Shown piece after piece: positions 19,876 to 30,292 of a stretch of DNA of 64,000 nt. The position numbers were made by a program, and so were the translations under genes. The stretch lies in NCBI GenBank assembly GCA_038234025.1, contig JBBSUW010000001.1:7126-71125 (forward strand), written 5' to 3'. Every line of letters begins with the position of its first letter. Position 1 is the stretch's first letter. Under the pieces are notes generated by a model. The model was not told the DNA's origin and ran no database searches. It saw nothing but the letters and a program-made list of their open reading frames with translations. The stretch is from Flavobacteriales bacterium (GTDB lineage: Bacteria; Bacteroidota; Bacteroidia; Flavobacteriales; Flavobacteriaceae).

Positions 19876-20067
19876 TTGACTTACGTGATACCTATTGTTT
19901 TGTTGCTTGCAATAATTTTATTTTGTAGCAATTATATTCTTAATATTGAAATTTCCTGGGTTCTTTATTTAATTATTGCGGCCGGTGCGTATTTTGCCTT
20001 CTTTGTAACCTTTGGAAAGAACCATTATTTGCGGCTTAGGGAAAAGGTGCGCGAATCAGAAAATTGA
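19876..20067 (+). CDS. Small two-TM hypothetical membrane protein
   Basis: Two hydrophobic stretches and a basic tail; TAGCTTTG -7 element at 19781. The start is uncertain (see findings). Confidence 0.45.
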   Translation: MTYVIPIVLLLAIILFCSNYILNIEISWVLYLIIAAGAYFAFFVTFGKNHYLRLREKVRESEN

Positions 20068-20246
20068 TTCAGCATGACTTATTTAGTAATGCCAAAAGTT
20101 CGCCGCTTCATAATCAAGATAATTTCCCGAATAATCTCCATTGAACTTCAAAAATGAATTTCCAGATATCAGCTTGATTTCAAATAAAAGCGCACTTTCC
20201 CTTTCCATCATTCGCATTTCCCTAAATTTGTTGCAAATCTTTTGTG

Positions 20247-22667
20247 ATGGGGAAATTGGCGGGGCTAGGATTTTGGGAAGCGGTGGCGCGCATCGTGCTG
20301 AGGAACAAAATACTGTTGTTGTCGGCGATTGCCGTTGTCACGATATTTTTGGCGATGCAGTGGCGCAACATCCACTTTACCTACACTGAGGCAAATCTCC
20401 TGCCGGAAACCAATATTTACAACGTTCAGTACAAGTCGTTTTTGGACAAGTTTGGCGAAGAAGGAAACCTTGTCATCCTCGGCGTGAAGGATGACTCTTT
20501 TTTTACGCCAAAAACGTATATCGCGTGGCAAAAATTGATGTCGACTTTCAAGAACGACAAGAAAGTGAGCCTCGTGATTTCGGTAGATGATTTAAAAGAA
20601 TTAAAAAAGAACGATTCGCTTCAATCATTTGAACTCGTGCCACTTATTAATAGTCAAGAGATTGATAAACAAGGTCTTGCGGTTTCCAAGAATGAGTTGT
20701 TCAATAATCTTCCATTTTACGAAGGCATTCTTTTCAATAAGAAATCAGGAACTATTCGCAGCGCGATTTATTTGGATAAAAAAATAGTAAACACTCCCGC
20801 GCGAAAGGATTTCGTGCTCAATAAATTGATTCCGGCGGTAAATAAATTCCAAGATGAAACCGGCGTTGACATTCGCGTTTCGGGAATGCCGTACATCCGG
20901 ACGATGAACACCGAAACGATCAAGGGCGAGATTGGTATTTTTATTGGTATGTCGCTGCTCATCACATCTTTGCTGTTTTATTTCTTTTTTAGAAGTTTTC
21001 GTGCGACGATGATTTCTGTGGTGATCGTTATTATAGGTGTGATGTGGTCGTTCGGGTTTTTAGGATTGTTCAATTATGAAATCACGGTCTTGACGGCCTT
21101 GGTTCCGTCGTTGGTCATCGTGATCGGAATTCCAAACTGCATCTTCCTTACCAATAAATACCATCAGGAATACAAGGTTCACGGCAACAAGGTTATGGCT
21201 TTGCAGCGCGTTACAACCAAAGTTGGGATGGCGACATTGATGACAAACCTTACGACGGCCATCGGTTTTGCGACTTTTGTGGTGTCCAACAATCAATTGC
21301 TATTTGAATTTGGCGTCGTCACCTCTTTGAGCATTATGTGCCTGTTTTTGTTGTGCCTGATTATTATTCCGATTTTCCACAGTTATATTCCCGCACCAAT
21401 TGAAAGGCACATCAAACACCTTGACCGCAAGACCGTAAATGGTTTTATGGCCTGGATCGTCAGAGCCGTCAACATCAATCGATTTTCGATTTATATTGTA
21501 TCGGTGATAATGCTGATAATCAGTATTGTCGGAATGTACAAAATCCGGATTTCGGGAAGCTTGACCGAAGATATGCCGCACAAGACGGAGTTTTTTCGTG
21601 ATATTCTCTTTTTTGAAAAAGAATTCGACGGCGTGATGCCGCTTGAAATAATGATCGACACCAAGCGCAAAAAAGGCGTGATGAAACTTTCAACGCTCAA
21701 GAAGATGGACAGGCTTGAAAGCGAGATTATCGAAATTCCCGAACTTTCAAAACCGCTTTCCGTTGTTGGATTGGTCAAATATTCCAAGCAGGCTTATTAC
21801 AATGGAAACCCGGAATATTACGATCTCCCGACGTCACAGGAACAGGGTTTTATAATGTCGTATGCCAAAAATGCTGCCAAGGGGAAGGACAATCTGATGA
21901 AAAGTTATGTTGACGATTCGGGACGATACGCGCGAGTCACGACTTTTATGCGCGACGACAATGGCGATAAAATACAGGAAATCGAAACGAAGTTGAAAGC
22001 CGAGGCGGCGAAGATTTTTCCAAAAGATAGATACGATGTAACGATAACCGGAAAGGCTTTGGTGTTCCAAAAAGGCACGGGATATTTATTGCACAATCTA
22101 GTGAGCTCATTATTATTGGCGATATTCCTCACGTCGCTGTTGGTCGCATTTATGTTCAGATCTTTCAAAATGGTTTTCGTTTCGCTCGTGCCAAATGTTT
22201 TGCCATTGCTTATCACAGCTGGTTTGATGGGCTTTTTGGACATTCCTTTGAAACCTTCAACCATATTGGTTTTCGGAATTGCATTCGGTCTTTCCGTTGA
22301 CGATACAATACGTTTTTTGGCGCAATATCGCGAGGAATTAAAAAAGAACGATTGGAAAATAAAACGCAGTGTTCTCGCTACTTTCAACGAAGCTGGATTG
22401 AGTATGTTCTACACTTCGATCGTGCTTTTCTTTGGTTTTTCGGTGTTTATGCTCAGCAGCTTTGGCGGCACGGTCGCGCTCGGCGGATTGGTTTCTATCA
22501 CATTGTTTTTCGGAATGTTGGCCAATTTGATGTTATTGCCGGCGTTGGTTTTGACATTGAACAAAAAACTGGTGAACAAGGAAGAACTTTTGAATCCCCT
22601 CATTGATGTTCACGCAGCTAGCGATGAAGAAATCGACAACATTCACGGCCATCGGGATTTGGAGTAG
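20247..22667 (+). CDS. MMPL/RND family transporter
   Basis: Duplicated 1+5 TM architecture with large periplasmic loops; G.SVDDTI motif. Confidence 0.9.
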   Translation: MGKLAGLGFWEAVARIVLRNKILLLSAIAVVTIFLAMQWRNIHFTYTEANLLPETNIYNVQYKSFLDKFGEEGNLVILGVKDDSFFTPKTYIAWQKLMSTFKNDKKVSLVISVDDLKELKKNDSLQSFELVPLINSQEIDKQGLAVSKNELFNNLPFYEGILFNKKSGTIRSAIYLDKKIVNTPARKDFVLNKLIPAVNKFQDETGVDIRVSGMPYIRTMNTETIKGEIGIFIGMSLLITSLLFYFFFRSFRATMISVVIVIIGVMWSFGFLGLFNYEITVLTALVPSLVIVIGIPNCIFLTNKYHQEYKVHGNKVMALQRVTTKVGMATLMTNLTTAIGFATFVVSNNQLLFEFGVVTSLSIMCLFLLCLIIIPIFHSYIPAPIERHIKHLDRKTVNGFMAWIVRAVNINRFSIYIVSVIMLIISIVGMYKIRISGSLTEDMPHKTEFFRDILFFEKEFDGVMPLEIMIDTKRKKGVMKLSTLKKMDRLESEIIEIPELSKPLSVVGLVKYSKQAYYNGNPEYYDLPTSQEQGFIMSYAKNAAKGKDNLMKSYVDDSGRYARVTTFMRDDNGDKIQEIETKLKAEAAKIFPKDRYDVTITGKALVFQKGTGYLLHNLVSSLLLAIFLTSLLVAFMFRSFKMVFVSLVPNVLPLLITAGLMGFLDIPLKPSTILVFGIAFGLSVDDTIRFLAQYREELKKNDWKIKRSVLATFNEAGLSMFYTSIVLFFGFSVFMLSSFGGTVALGGLVSITLFFGMLANLMLLPALVLTLNKKLVNKEELLNPLIDVHAASDEEIDNIHGHRDLE

Positions 22668-22803
22668 ACTTTTCCGCCTTTCGGCAAAATGGTTAGCGAT
22701 CAATTCCACAACTATTCAGATTTTCTGATTTTTCAAGATAGCGGTTTTTGGCCTATATTTGCAAGTAAATGTGCCCAGATATATGGCGCGGCAATTTGTG
22801 AAA

Positions 22804-24234
22804 ATGAAACATACAAAGGTCAAGAACCTTCTCGAAAGTACAAATACAATGCACGAAGTCAGTGCAAAAGGTTGGGTCAGAACTTTTAGGAACAACCAGT
22901 TTATCGCATTGAACGACGGCTCTACAATTCATAACATTCAGTGCGTTGTCGATTTTGAAAACACGCCAGAAGAAACGCTAAAACGTATCACGACAGGCGC
23001 TGCGATTGCCGTGATTGGTGATCTTGTCGAAAGCCAGGGCAAAGGCCAGAAATATGAAATCCAAGTAAAATCAATCGAGATTCTTGGCGATTCAGACGCT
23101 GAAAAATTCCCGATGCAACCCAAGAAACATTCGCTTGAATTCCTTCGCGAGAACGCGCACCTTCGGGTGCGGACCAATGCTTTTGGCGCGATAATGCGCA
23201 TCCGGTCGGTGCTTTCTTTTGCAGTTCATCAATATTTCCAGCAGCGCGGTTTTGTATATGTCAACACGCCGATCATTACCGGTGCTGATACAGAAGGTGC
23301 TGGCGAAATGTTTCAGGTAACGGCGATGCCAATGGACAAACTTCCGACCGAAAATGGCGCTATTGATTACAAAAAAGATTTCTTCGGAAAGCATACAAAC
23401 CTTACTGTTTCTGGCCAGCTTGAAGCCGAAACCTTTGCGATGGCGCTTGGTCAGGTCTATACTTTTGGGCCAACTTTTCGCGCAGAAAATTCCAATACAT
23501 CACGACATCTTGCGGAATTTTGGATGATTGAGCCCGAAGTTGCCTTCAATGATCTTGACGACAATATGGATCTTGCCGAGGATTTTATCCAAAACGTGAT
23601 CCGTCACGTAATGGAAAATTGCAAGGACGATATTCAGTTTTTGGAAGGCCGTTTGATTGAGGAAGAAAAGTTAAAACCACAAGCAGAACGCAGCGAAATG
23701 AATCTGCTGGACAAACTTCATTTTGTGGTTGACAATAATTTTAAGCGCGTTTCTTATACCGAAGCAATCGATATTTTAAGAAACAGCAAACCCAATAAAA
23801 ATAAAAAATTCACTTATCCAATTGATGAATGGGGCGCAGATCTTCAAAGCGAGCACGAACGTTTTTTGGTTGAAAAACACTTTAAATGTCCCGTGATTTT
23901 ATTTGATTATCCGGCAAACATCAAAGCATTTTATATGCGATTGAACGAGGATGGAAAAACCGTTCGGGCGATGGATATTCTTTTTCCCGGCATTGGCGAA
24001 ATCGTTGGTGGCTCGCAACGGGAAGAGCGTTATGATGTTCTTGTGGAGAAAATGAAAAAGCTGGGCATCGACGAAGAAGAGCTATGGTGGTACCTCGATA
24101 CACGAAGGTTTGGAAGCGCGATCCACGCCGGTTTTGGGCTTGGTTTTGAAAGATTGGTTTTGTTCGTAACCGGAATGTCGAATATTCGCGATGTGATTCC
24201 TTTTCCACGAACCCCGATGAACGCCGAATTTTAA
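22804..24234 (+). CDS. asnS: Asparagine--tRNA ligase
   Basis: [41 protein letters not shown] and GLGFER; start set at ATG 22804. Confidence 0.98.
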   Translation: MKHTKVKNLLESTNTMHEVSAKGWVRTFRNNQFIALNDGSTIHNIQCVVDFENTPEETLKRITTGAAIAVIGDLVESQGKGQKYEIQVKSIEILGDSDAEKFPMQPKKHSLEFLRENAHLRVRTNAFGAIMRIRSVLSFAVHQYFQQRGFVYVNTPIITGADTEGAGEMFQVTAMPMDKLPTENGAIDYKKDFFGKHTNLTVSGQLEAETFAMALGQVYTFGPTFRAENSNTSRHLAEFWMIEPEVAFNDLDDNMDLAEDFIQNVIRHVMENCKDDIQFLEGRLIEEEKLKPQAERSEMNLLDKLHFVVDNNFKRVSYTEAIDILRNSKPNKNKKFTYPIDEWGADLQSEHERFLVEKHFKCPVILFDYPANIKAFYMRLNEDGKTVRAMDILFPGIGEIVGGSQREERYDVLVEKMKKLGIDEEELWWYLDTRRFGSAIHAGFGLGFERLVLFVTGMSNIRDVIPFPRTPMNAEF

Positions 24235-24291
24235 TTGAATAAATTATTTAAAAAAATTAATTTATATTAATCGAAATTAATTAAATAAAAA

Positions 24292-25761
24292 ATGCTCAGA
24301 CAATCTCTCAATTTTAAGCTTTCGCAAAAACTGTCGCCGCAGCAAATTCAATTGATGAAATTGATACAGTTGCCCACGCAGGCTTTTGAACAAAGATTAA
24401 AAGAGGAAATGGATGAAAATCCTGCCCTAGAATCAGGACTTGAAGAGGAAGAAGATGAGTTTGAGAACGACGAATTCCAGAACGAGGACGAATATGATGA
24501 TGACGACGATAATGAATCGATCGATACGGAAGACATCAACATCGACGAATATCTGAGCAACGACGAAACGCCGGACTACAAACTTTCGGCCAACAACTAT
24601 AGCGATGACGACGAGCAAAGAGAATCACCAATTGCTGCCTCGGTGAGTTTTCATCAAGATCTTTTGAACCAGTTGCGGACTTTTATACTGACCGAGGATG
24701 AGCGTGAAATTGCAGAATTCCTGGTCGGGAATATCGACGATACTGGATATATTCGGAGAAGTATTCCCGATATTGTGGACGATATGGCGTTTACGCAAGG
24801 CATTTATACGGACATTAAAACCCTCGAAAGAATATTGCATATCGTGCACGAACTCGAACCTTCGGGCGTTGGCGCGCGAGATTTGCAAGAATGTTTATTG
24901 TTGCAATTAAAACACAAAACACCTACGGAAGCTGTGGCTTTGGCAACTGATATTATCGAAAATCAATTCGACGCTTTTTCTAAAAAACATTACGAAAAAC
25001 TACAGCAGAAATATGGGATTTCGCAGGACACTTTAAAAAACGCAATTCACGAGGTTGAAAGATTAAATCCAAAGCCAGGCGGCGCATTTTCGGGCAACAA
25101 TAAAATGACAGAGCACGTTGTCCCTGATTTTGCAATTAAGATTGTTGAGGGCGAACTCGAGCTCACGCTAAATGGCCGCAATGCACCGACATTGCATGTT
25201 TCGAGAGATTATCAAGAGATGATGCAGACCTACAAAGATTCAAGGGACAAATCGGGCCAGCAAAAAGATGCGGTACAATTCATAAAGCAAAAGTTGGATT
25301 CGGCTAAGTGGTTTATCGATGCGATAAGACAACGTCAGGAGACATTGTTCGGGACCATGAGCGCAATTATGCAGTATCAAGAAGAATATTTTCTGGATGG
25401 TGACGAGACCAATTTGAAACCAATGATTTTAAAAGATATCGCAGATCTGGTCGGGTTGGATATTTCTACGATTTCGCGGGTTGCAAACAGCAAATATGTA
25501 GATACACCCTATGGTACAAAATTAATAAAAGAATTCTTTTCGGAATCGATGACCAATGACCAGGGCGAAGAAGTATCGACTTTGGAAATAAAAAGAATAT
25601 TGCAGAATATTATCGAGGCCGAGGACAAATCCAAACCAATGCCAGACGACCAATTGGCAGAAGAATTAAAAGAAAAAGGTTACCCGATAGCGCGGCGAAC
25701 CATTGCAAAATACCGCGAACAGCTCGATATTCCGGTGGCGCGAATGCGCAAGAAAATGTGA
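24292..25761 (+). CDS. rpoN: RNA polymerase sigma-54 factor
   Basis: Gln/Leu-rich region I, acidic region II, GVGARDLQECL and the RpoN box ARRTIAKYRE. Confidence 0.97.
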   Translation: MLRQSLNFKLSQKLSPQQIQLMKLIQLPTQAFEQRLKEEMDENPALESGLEEEEDEFENDEFQNEDEYDDDDDNESIDTEDINIDEYLSNDETPDYKLSANNYSDDDEQRESPIAASVSFHQDLLNQLRTFILTEDEREIAEFLVGNIDDTGYIRRSIPDIVDDMAFTQGIYTDIKTLERILHIVHELEPSGVGARDLQECLLLQLKHKTPTEAVALATDIIENQFDAFSKKHYEKLQQKYGISQDTLKNAIHEVERLNPKPGGAFSGNNKMTEHVVPDFAIKIVEGELELTLNGRNAPTLHVSRDYQEMMQTYKDSRDKSGQQKDAVQFIKQKLDSAKWFIDAIRQRQETLFGTMSAIMQYQEEYFLDGDETNLKPMILKDIADLVGLDISTISRVANSKYVDTPYGTKLIKEFFSESMTNDQGEEVSTLEIKRILQNIIEAEDKSKPMPDDQLAEELKEKGYPIARRTIAKYREQLDIPVARMRKKM

Positions 25762-26378
25762 TGCGAGCGCTCAAAATCTTTTCATATATTTTTCATCCTA
25801 TTTTCGTTCCGCTTTTTGGAACGCTCGCTTTTCTTTATTTAAAAGACACATATTTTCTGCAAACGCAAATGCTGCTGATTATTGTTCAGGCAACGATCAT
25901 CACGGTGCTGTTGCCCATTGCGTTTTTCTTTCTGCTAAAAATGTTGGGGAAAATAGATTCTATATTGGTATCGGAGGTTTCGCAGCGACGGTTTCCATTG
26001 TTGATCCAAAGTATTCTATTGTTCGTGCTCGCGACAAAAAGCATCACCGAGGATTTGTTGCCAGAACTGCATTTTTTTCTGATTGCTGGAATTGTGAGCG
26101 CGCTTTCGGCCTTGATTCTTTCATTTATAAAATCAAAAGCAAGTCTTCATATGATGGGAATATCGGCACTTACGGCATTTGTTTGCACAATGTCGTACAG
26201 TTTTTCATTGAATTCGACAGGGTTTATCGTCGCGCTTTTTGTGGTAAATGGATTGGTTGGTTCATCGCGGTTGGAGATGAAAGCGCACACGATGTGGGAA
26301 CTTTTTATTGGATTTTTTATTGGCGTTGTGCCGCAGGTTTTATTGTGGCAATACTATATTTTTGAATTAAAAAACTGA
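25758..26378 (+). CDS. Multi-pass membrane protein (PAP2-superfamily-like)
   Basis: SYIFHP, KASLHM and SSRL...AH motifs with about 7 TM helices; overlaps the rpoN stop. Confidence 0.75.
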   Translation: MMRALKIFSYIFHPIFVPLFGTLAFLYLKDTYFLQTQMLLIIVQATIITVLLPIAFFFLLKMLGKIDSILVSEVSQRRFPLLIQSILLFVLATKSITEDLLPELHFFLIAGIVSALSALILSFIKSKASLHMMGISALTAFVCTMSYSFSLNSTGFIVALFVVNGLVGSSRLEMKAHTMWELFIGFFIGVVPQVLLWQYYIFELKN

Positions 26379-26458
26379 TTTTAATATAATTAGGAATATC
26401 GAATATCTTTACGAATACGTAATTTCGGTTTAATTCTTTATACAGTATAGATTTTTTT

Positions 26459-27154
26459 TTAAAGAATATAAAAAATAATTCCAAGATGAACTGGATTAAT
26501 TCCCACGGGTTTACCATTTATCACGGCCGATGATTTAAATATTGGCGTAAAACCGTAAGCGGCGTAAAAATTCCAAGTGTTATAGCCGATCGATGCAAAT
26601 GCCGTTAGCCTTATCGGATTGTAATCTTTATTATTGGTATAGGTAATGTCAAACTGCGAATCGACGTAGCGCGATTTGTTGTAGATCACATAGCTGGCAC
26701 GAATTCCGCTGTACAAACGGAAGAATTTGTGGGAATCTGCCGTTGATGTTCGATAGCGATATTCGAGCGGAACGTCGATCAGGATTTCGTCGAACTTGTT
26801 CTTGTCATAATCATTGCCCGGAAAAACGATGCTGTAATCATTCTGTCCCTCACCGCGCGCTATGATCATATCCTGGAAATATTTGTTGTAGGTAACACCA
26901 AGCCCAACGCCGATGGCCTTGTTTCTCTGTTCGTTGAATGGCATATCGCGGACAAAACCGCCGGTAAAACCGGAAGAGAACTTGCCCTGGTGCAGATCTT
27001 TGGGCGTTTCGAATAACAGGTTGTAGGTAAATCCCACATAAAATTGATCCTCGCGGTAAAGTGAATCGTTCGCGATCATGGGCGGCGGAAGCACTTTTTG
27101 TGCATTCGCAAAGCTGGCAATGTAGAGGAAAAGAAATACAACGGTTTTTTGCAT
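26459..27154 (-). CDS. Outer membrane beta-barrel (porin family/PorT-like) protein
   Basis: Likely start MQKTVV (ATG 27154); signal peptide, YREDQFY, VPLEYRYR and C-terminal GIIFYIL. Confidence 0.8.
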   Translation of the reverse strand: MQKTVVFLFLYIASFANAQKVLPPPMIANDSLYREDQFYVGFTYNLLFETPKDLHQGKFSSGFTGGFVRDMPFNEQRNKAIGVGLGVTYNKYFQDMIIARGEGQNDYSIVFPGNDYDKNKFDEILIDVPLEYRYRTSTADSHKFFRLYSGIRASYVIYNKSRYVDSQFDITYTNNKDYNPIRLTAFASIGYNTWNFYAAYGFTPIFKSSAVINGKPVGINPVHLGIIFYIL

Positions 27155-27288
27155 GTGGATTGAAATGATGGATAAAAGTACGAAATCCGGCAGATTGGCA
27201 TGGCGCAACGCGCGAACTTTCATAAAATTATGTTAGTTGGTTGGCTTTTGCGGGCTGCGTTGGATAGCTTTGTGCAAAACCTTATAAT

Positions 27289-27603
27289 ATGCAAATACAG
27301 ATAAATACTGACAACCACATTGAGCACACGGAGCGAATGGAAACTTATTTTACAGAACTATTGGAGACTGGCCTAAAGCGTTTTGAGGAGAAAATTACGC
27401 GGATCGAGGTTCATTTTGGCGATGAGAACAGCGACAAGTTTGGCAACAAGGACAAGCGATGCCTTATCGAAGCCCGAATGGAACATCTTCAGCCCGTGGC
27501 CGTTACCCATCACGACGCAACGATTGAACGAGCTTTTGGCGGTGCGCTGGAAAAGGTCAAAAAAGTATTGAAAACAACGTACGAGAAAATGCATGACAGA
27601 TAA
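27289..27603 (+). CDS. HPF/RaiA family ribosome-associated protein (short form)
   Basis: MQIQINTD, ITRIEVH.GDEN..K....DKRC.IEAR pattern. Confidence 0.88.
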   Translation: MQIQINTDNHIEHTERMETYFTELLETGLKRFEEKITRIEVHFGDENSDKFGNKDKRCLIEARMEHLQPVAVTHHDATIERAFGGALEKVKKVLKTTYEKMHDR

Positions 27604-27615
27604 ATAATATGAACT

Positions 27616-28107
27616 ATGAAACATTTTAAAATTTTAGGCGCTTCGATTTTTGCATTCTCAATGTTATTGACGCCAGATTTTGCGAACGCGCAGCTCTATC
27701 GCGAGCCCGGTTCTGTAAAGAATCTACCCGCTATTGTAGAGTCGAGCTTTATAATGAAGTTTGGCGAAAAAAAGCCGACATGGCATGTGCGCTATCGTGG
27801 CGATGACGAAAACCAGCAGCGTTATGAGGGCAAATTCATGCTGGACAACCGCAGGACTTCGGCGGTTTACAATAGGGATGGCGTATTGGAAGCAATGGTC
27901 GTGGAAGTTGAGCCTAGTGAGCTGCCAAAGCAAGCGATGTTCTATATGAAAAAGAACTACAGAGACAACGTGATAACCGAGACGACGATGGTACAGGAAA
28001 ACGAGAAGAACGGCAAAACATTTGAGCTTGGATTCTACCTGAATAAAGTGTTCAAGGTTGCGGTCTTTGACGAGAACGGAAAATTCTTGAAACTTGTAGA
28101 CGGATAG
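27616..28107 (+). CDS. Secreted PepSY-like / BLIP-like repeat protein
   Basis: Signal peptide; LP..V...F, ELP......MKKNY and FDENGKFL repeat pattern. Confidence 0.65.
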   Translation: MKHFKILGASIFAFSMLLTPDFANAQLYREPGSVKNLPAIVESSFIMKFGEKKPTWHVRYRGDDENQQRYEGKFMLDNRRTSAVYNRDGVLEAMVVEVEPSELPKQAMFYMKKNYRDNVITETTMVQENEKNGKTFELGFYLNKVFKVAVFDENGKFLKLVDG

Positions 28108-28145
28108 ACAATTGCATCCAATACATTTTGCAAAAAAAATTCTAG

Positions 28146-28167
28146 CGCTCGAAAGGGCGTTTTTTTT
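28146..28167 (+). terminator. Intrinsic terminator
   Basis: CGCTC-GAAA-GGGCG stem-loop followed by a T-run. Confidence 0.75.
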
Positions 28168-28341
28168 ATGGGTTTAGTCTTGTGATTGTTACAAAAAGAG
28201 AACATTATTTTCCGATACAATAACGGACTTTGCTATTTGTAAGAAGGAATTTTTTGGGTTTCATTTCAATAAGCGCAATTGTTAATTACAATTCCCCTTC
28301 AAATCCTGCAACCAACCTCATACCAAATTAACTTTTCAAGC

Positions 28342-29706
28342 TTAAAGCAAATCCGGATTGTACCCAAAATACGGCATATCAAATTCATTGAACACGACGC
28401 CATAATCTTCGAGTTCCTTTAAAATCGGTTCATAAACTTCCTTTCTAATAGGCAATTGCACGCCGGGCGTCGTGATTTTTCCGTTCAAGATCTGCAAAGT
28501 TGCCATCGCCACCGGTAGCCCAACTGTCTTCGCCATAGCTGTGTACGTTTGGTCGTCACCGAGACAGACCATTTTGGCGTCGATCTGTTTTTTGGTGCCG
28601 TTGATGCAGTAACCAAATTTGTGGTACATCACGATCATATCCTTGTCGTTCGGTTTTAGCGTCCAACTGTCGGACAATATCTTTTCGAGGATCTGCGCAG
28701 GTGTTGCGTCTTTTAGTCCGATGATTTTGTTCGGATTGAAAATATCGAGCTCCAGTAGTTTGTCCCAAATAATATCATCCTGTTCGATGCCCATTTGCAA
28801 TCGCAGTTTTATTTCCACGGAATCTGTTGGATGATATGGCAAAAATAAGTTGGTAAACTCGCGGTAGCTCATCGTTTCGCTGTGGTCGATGGCATAACTG
28901 TCGTCGGTCATGCCCAGCTGCACGAACATGTTCCACGCCTTTGAATAGCCGACGCGCCTGATCGTCCCGCGATACAATGTTCGTACGTCGTCAAGCCCGT
29001 AAACACTGCGATATTTGAGCGAATCTCGGTTGGCATAAGCCTCGAATCTTCCAAAACCCTCTACTTCCAAAAATTCGGTTCGCCGGAAAAGTTTTTGGTA
29101 GGGAATATATTTATAAGTGCCTTCCTGAATGAATTTTGCGGCGCCACCTTGCCCGGCAAGCACAACATTTCGTGGCGCCCAGGTGAATTTGTAGTTCCAA
29201 AGATTGTCATCGCTTTCTGGCGCAACGAGTCCGCCGCAGAACGATTCGAACAAGATCATTTCGCCTCCTTTTTCACGTATATCGTCGACCACCTTCATCG
29301 CGCTCATATGGTCGAGGCCCGGATCAAGTCCGATTTCATTCATGAAAATGAGCCCGTTTTCTTTTGCCTGTGCATCGAGCGCCATCATTTCGTCGGAAAT
29401 ATATGACGCAGTAACCATGTTTTTTTTGTAAACCACACAATCTCGCGCCACTTCAATGTGCAGGTGAGAAGGCAGCATCGAAATTACGATATCTGCTTTT
29501 TCAATTTGCTCACGACGTTGCCCGGCATCAAAAATATCGAGCGCGATCGCCGTCGAGTTCTTATGATCGTCGGTTTTTCTCTTTGCAAGTTCGAGCGAAA
29601 GATCTGCGATTGTAAGATGCAAATCCTCGACTTCGGATTTGTCCAACAAGTATTTTATAAGCGACGATGCCGACCTACCGGCGCCAATGATCAATATGTT
29701 TCTCAT
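28342..29706 (-). CDS. Saccharopine dehydrogenase family protein
   Basis: GAGRS Rossmann start, NEIGLDPGLDHM, FESFCGGL, YKFTW.P, YANRDS and TAMAKTVGLP; start set at MRNILII. Confidence 0.92.
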   Translation of the reverse strand: MRNILIIGAGRSASSLIKYLLDKSEVEDLHLTIADLSLELAKRKTDDHKNSTAIALDIFDAGQRREQIEKADIVISMLPSHLHIEVARDCVVYKKNMVTASYISDEMMALDAQAKENGLIFMNEIGLDPGLDHMSAMKVVDDIREKGGEMILFESFCGGLVAPESDDNLWNYKFTWAPRNVVLAGQGGAAKFIQEGTYKYIPYQKLFRRTEFLEVEGFGRFEAYANRDSLKYRSVYGLDDVRTLYRGTIRRVGYSKAWNMFVQLGMTDDSYAIDHSETMSYREFTNLFLPYHPTDSVEIKLRLQMGIEQDDIIWDKLLELDIFNPNKIIGLKDATPAQILEKILSDSWTLKPNDKDMIVMYHKFGYCINGTKKQIDAKMVCLGDDQTYTAMAKTVGLPVAMATLQILNGKITTPGVQLPIRKEVYEPILKELEDYGVVFNEFDMPYFGYNPDLL

Positions 29707-29826
29707 AATGGTTCTAAAAGGCTGCAAAGGTATAAATTTAAAAGCGCCGTCAAATTGCCAATATTTTGACCGCCCGCCATCTTTCCAGTTTTATCGAAGC
29801 GCTATCTTTGCCAAAATATTTCCGCA

Positions 29827-30246
29827 ATGACAAAAAAATTGATCATCACTGGCGCAATTCTGGGATTTCTTGCCGTTGCGCTTGGAGCTTTCGGCGCGCA
29901 CGGGCTCAAAAAGAGCGTTTCGCCCGAAATTATTCTAGTATTTGAAACGGGCGTTCGGTACCAAATGTACCACGCGTTTTTACTATTGGTTGTCGGTGTG
30001 ATGGCCATCGTTTCCGAGAGCGCAAAAAAGGCCATCCTCTATTTGGTGATCGCGGGAACCATGCTTTTTTCGGGGTCGCTTTTCCTTATTTCCACCAGAG
30101 ATATCACGGGTTTTGAAATTGGAAAGCTCGGGATTCTCACACCGATCGGAGGCTTGCTGCTTTTGGTCTCGTGGTTTTGGCTTTTAGTCGATATTTTACG
30201 CAAAAGGCCATTATTATCCAACAAATCCAAGGGGTGTGAAATATAA
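29827..30246 (+). CDS. DUF423 family membrane protein
   Basis: GAFGAHGL, YQMYHA, LFSGSL and TPIGG motifs. Confidence 0.92.
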   Translation: MTKKLIITGAILGFLAVALGAFGAHGLKKSVSPEIILVFETGVRYQMYHAFLLLVVGVMAIVSESAKKAILYLVIAGTMLFSGSLFLISTRDITGFEIGKLGILTPIGGLLLLVSWFWLLVDILRKRPLLSNKSKGCEI

Positions 30247-30292
30247 TTTTTACTTTTGCACATTAGTAATTGTTTAATAAAAATGCAGATTT

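Noticed and set aside
24440-24620. GAN-rich low-complexity stretch resembling a tandem repeat
   Set aside because: It encodes the normal acidic region II of RpoN.
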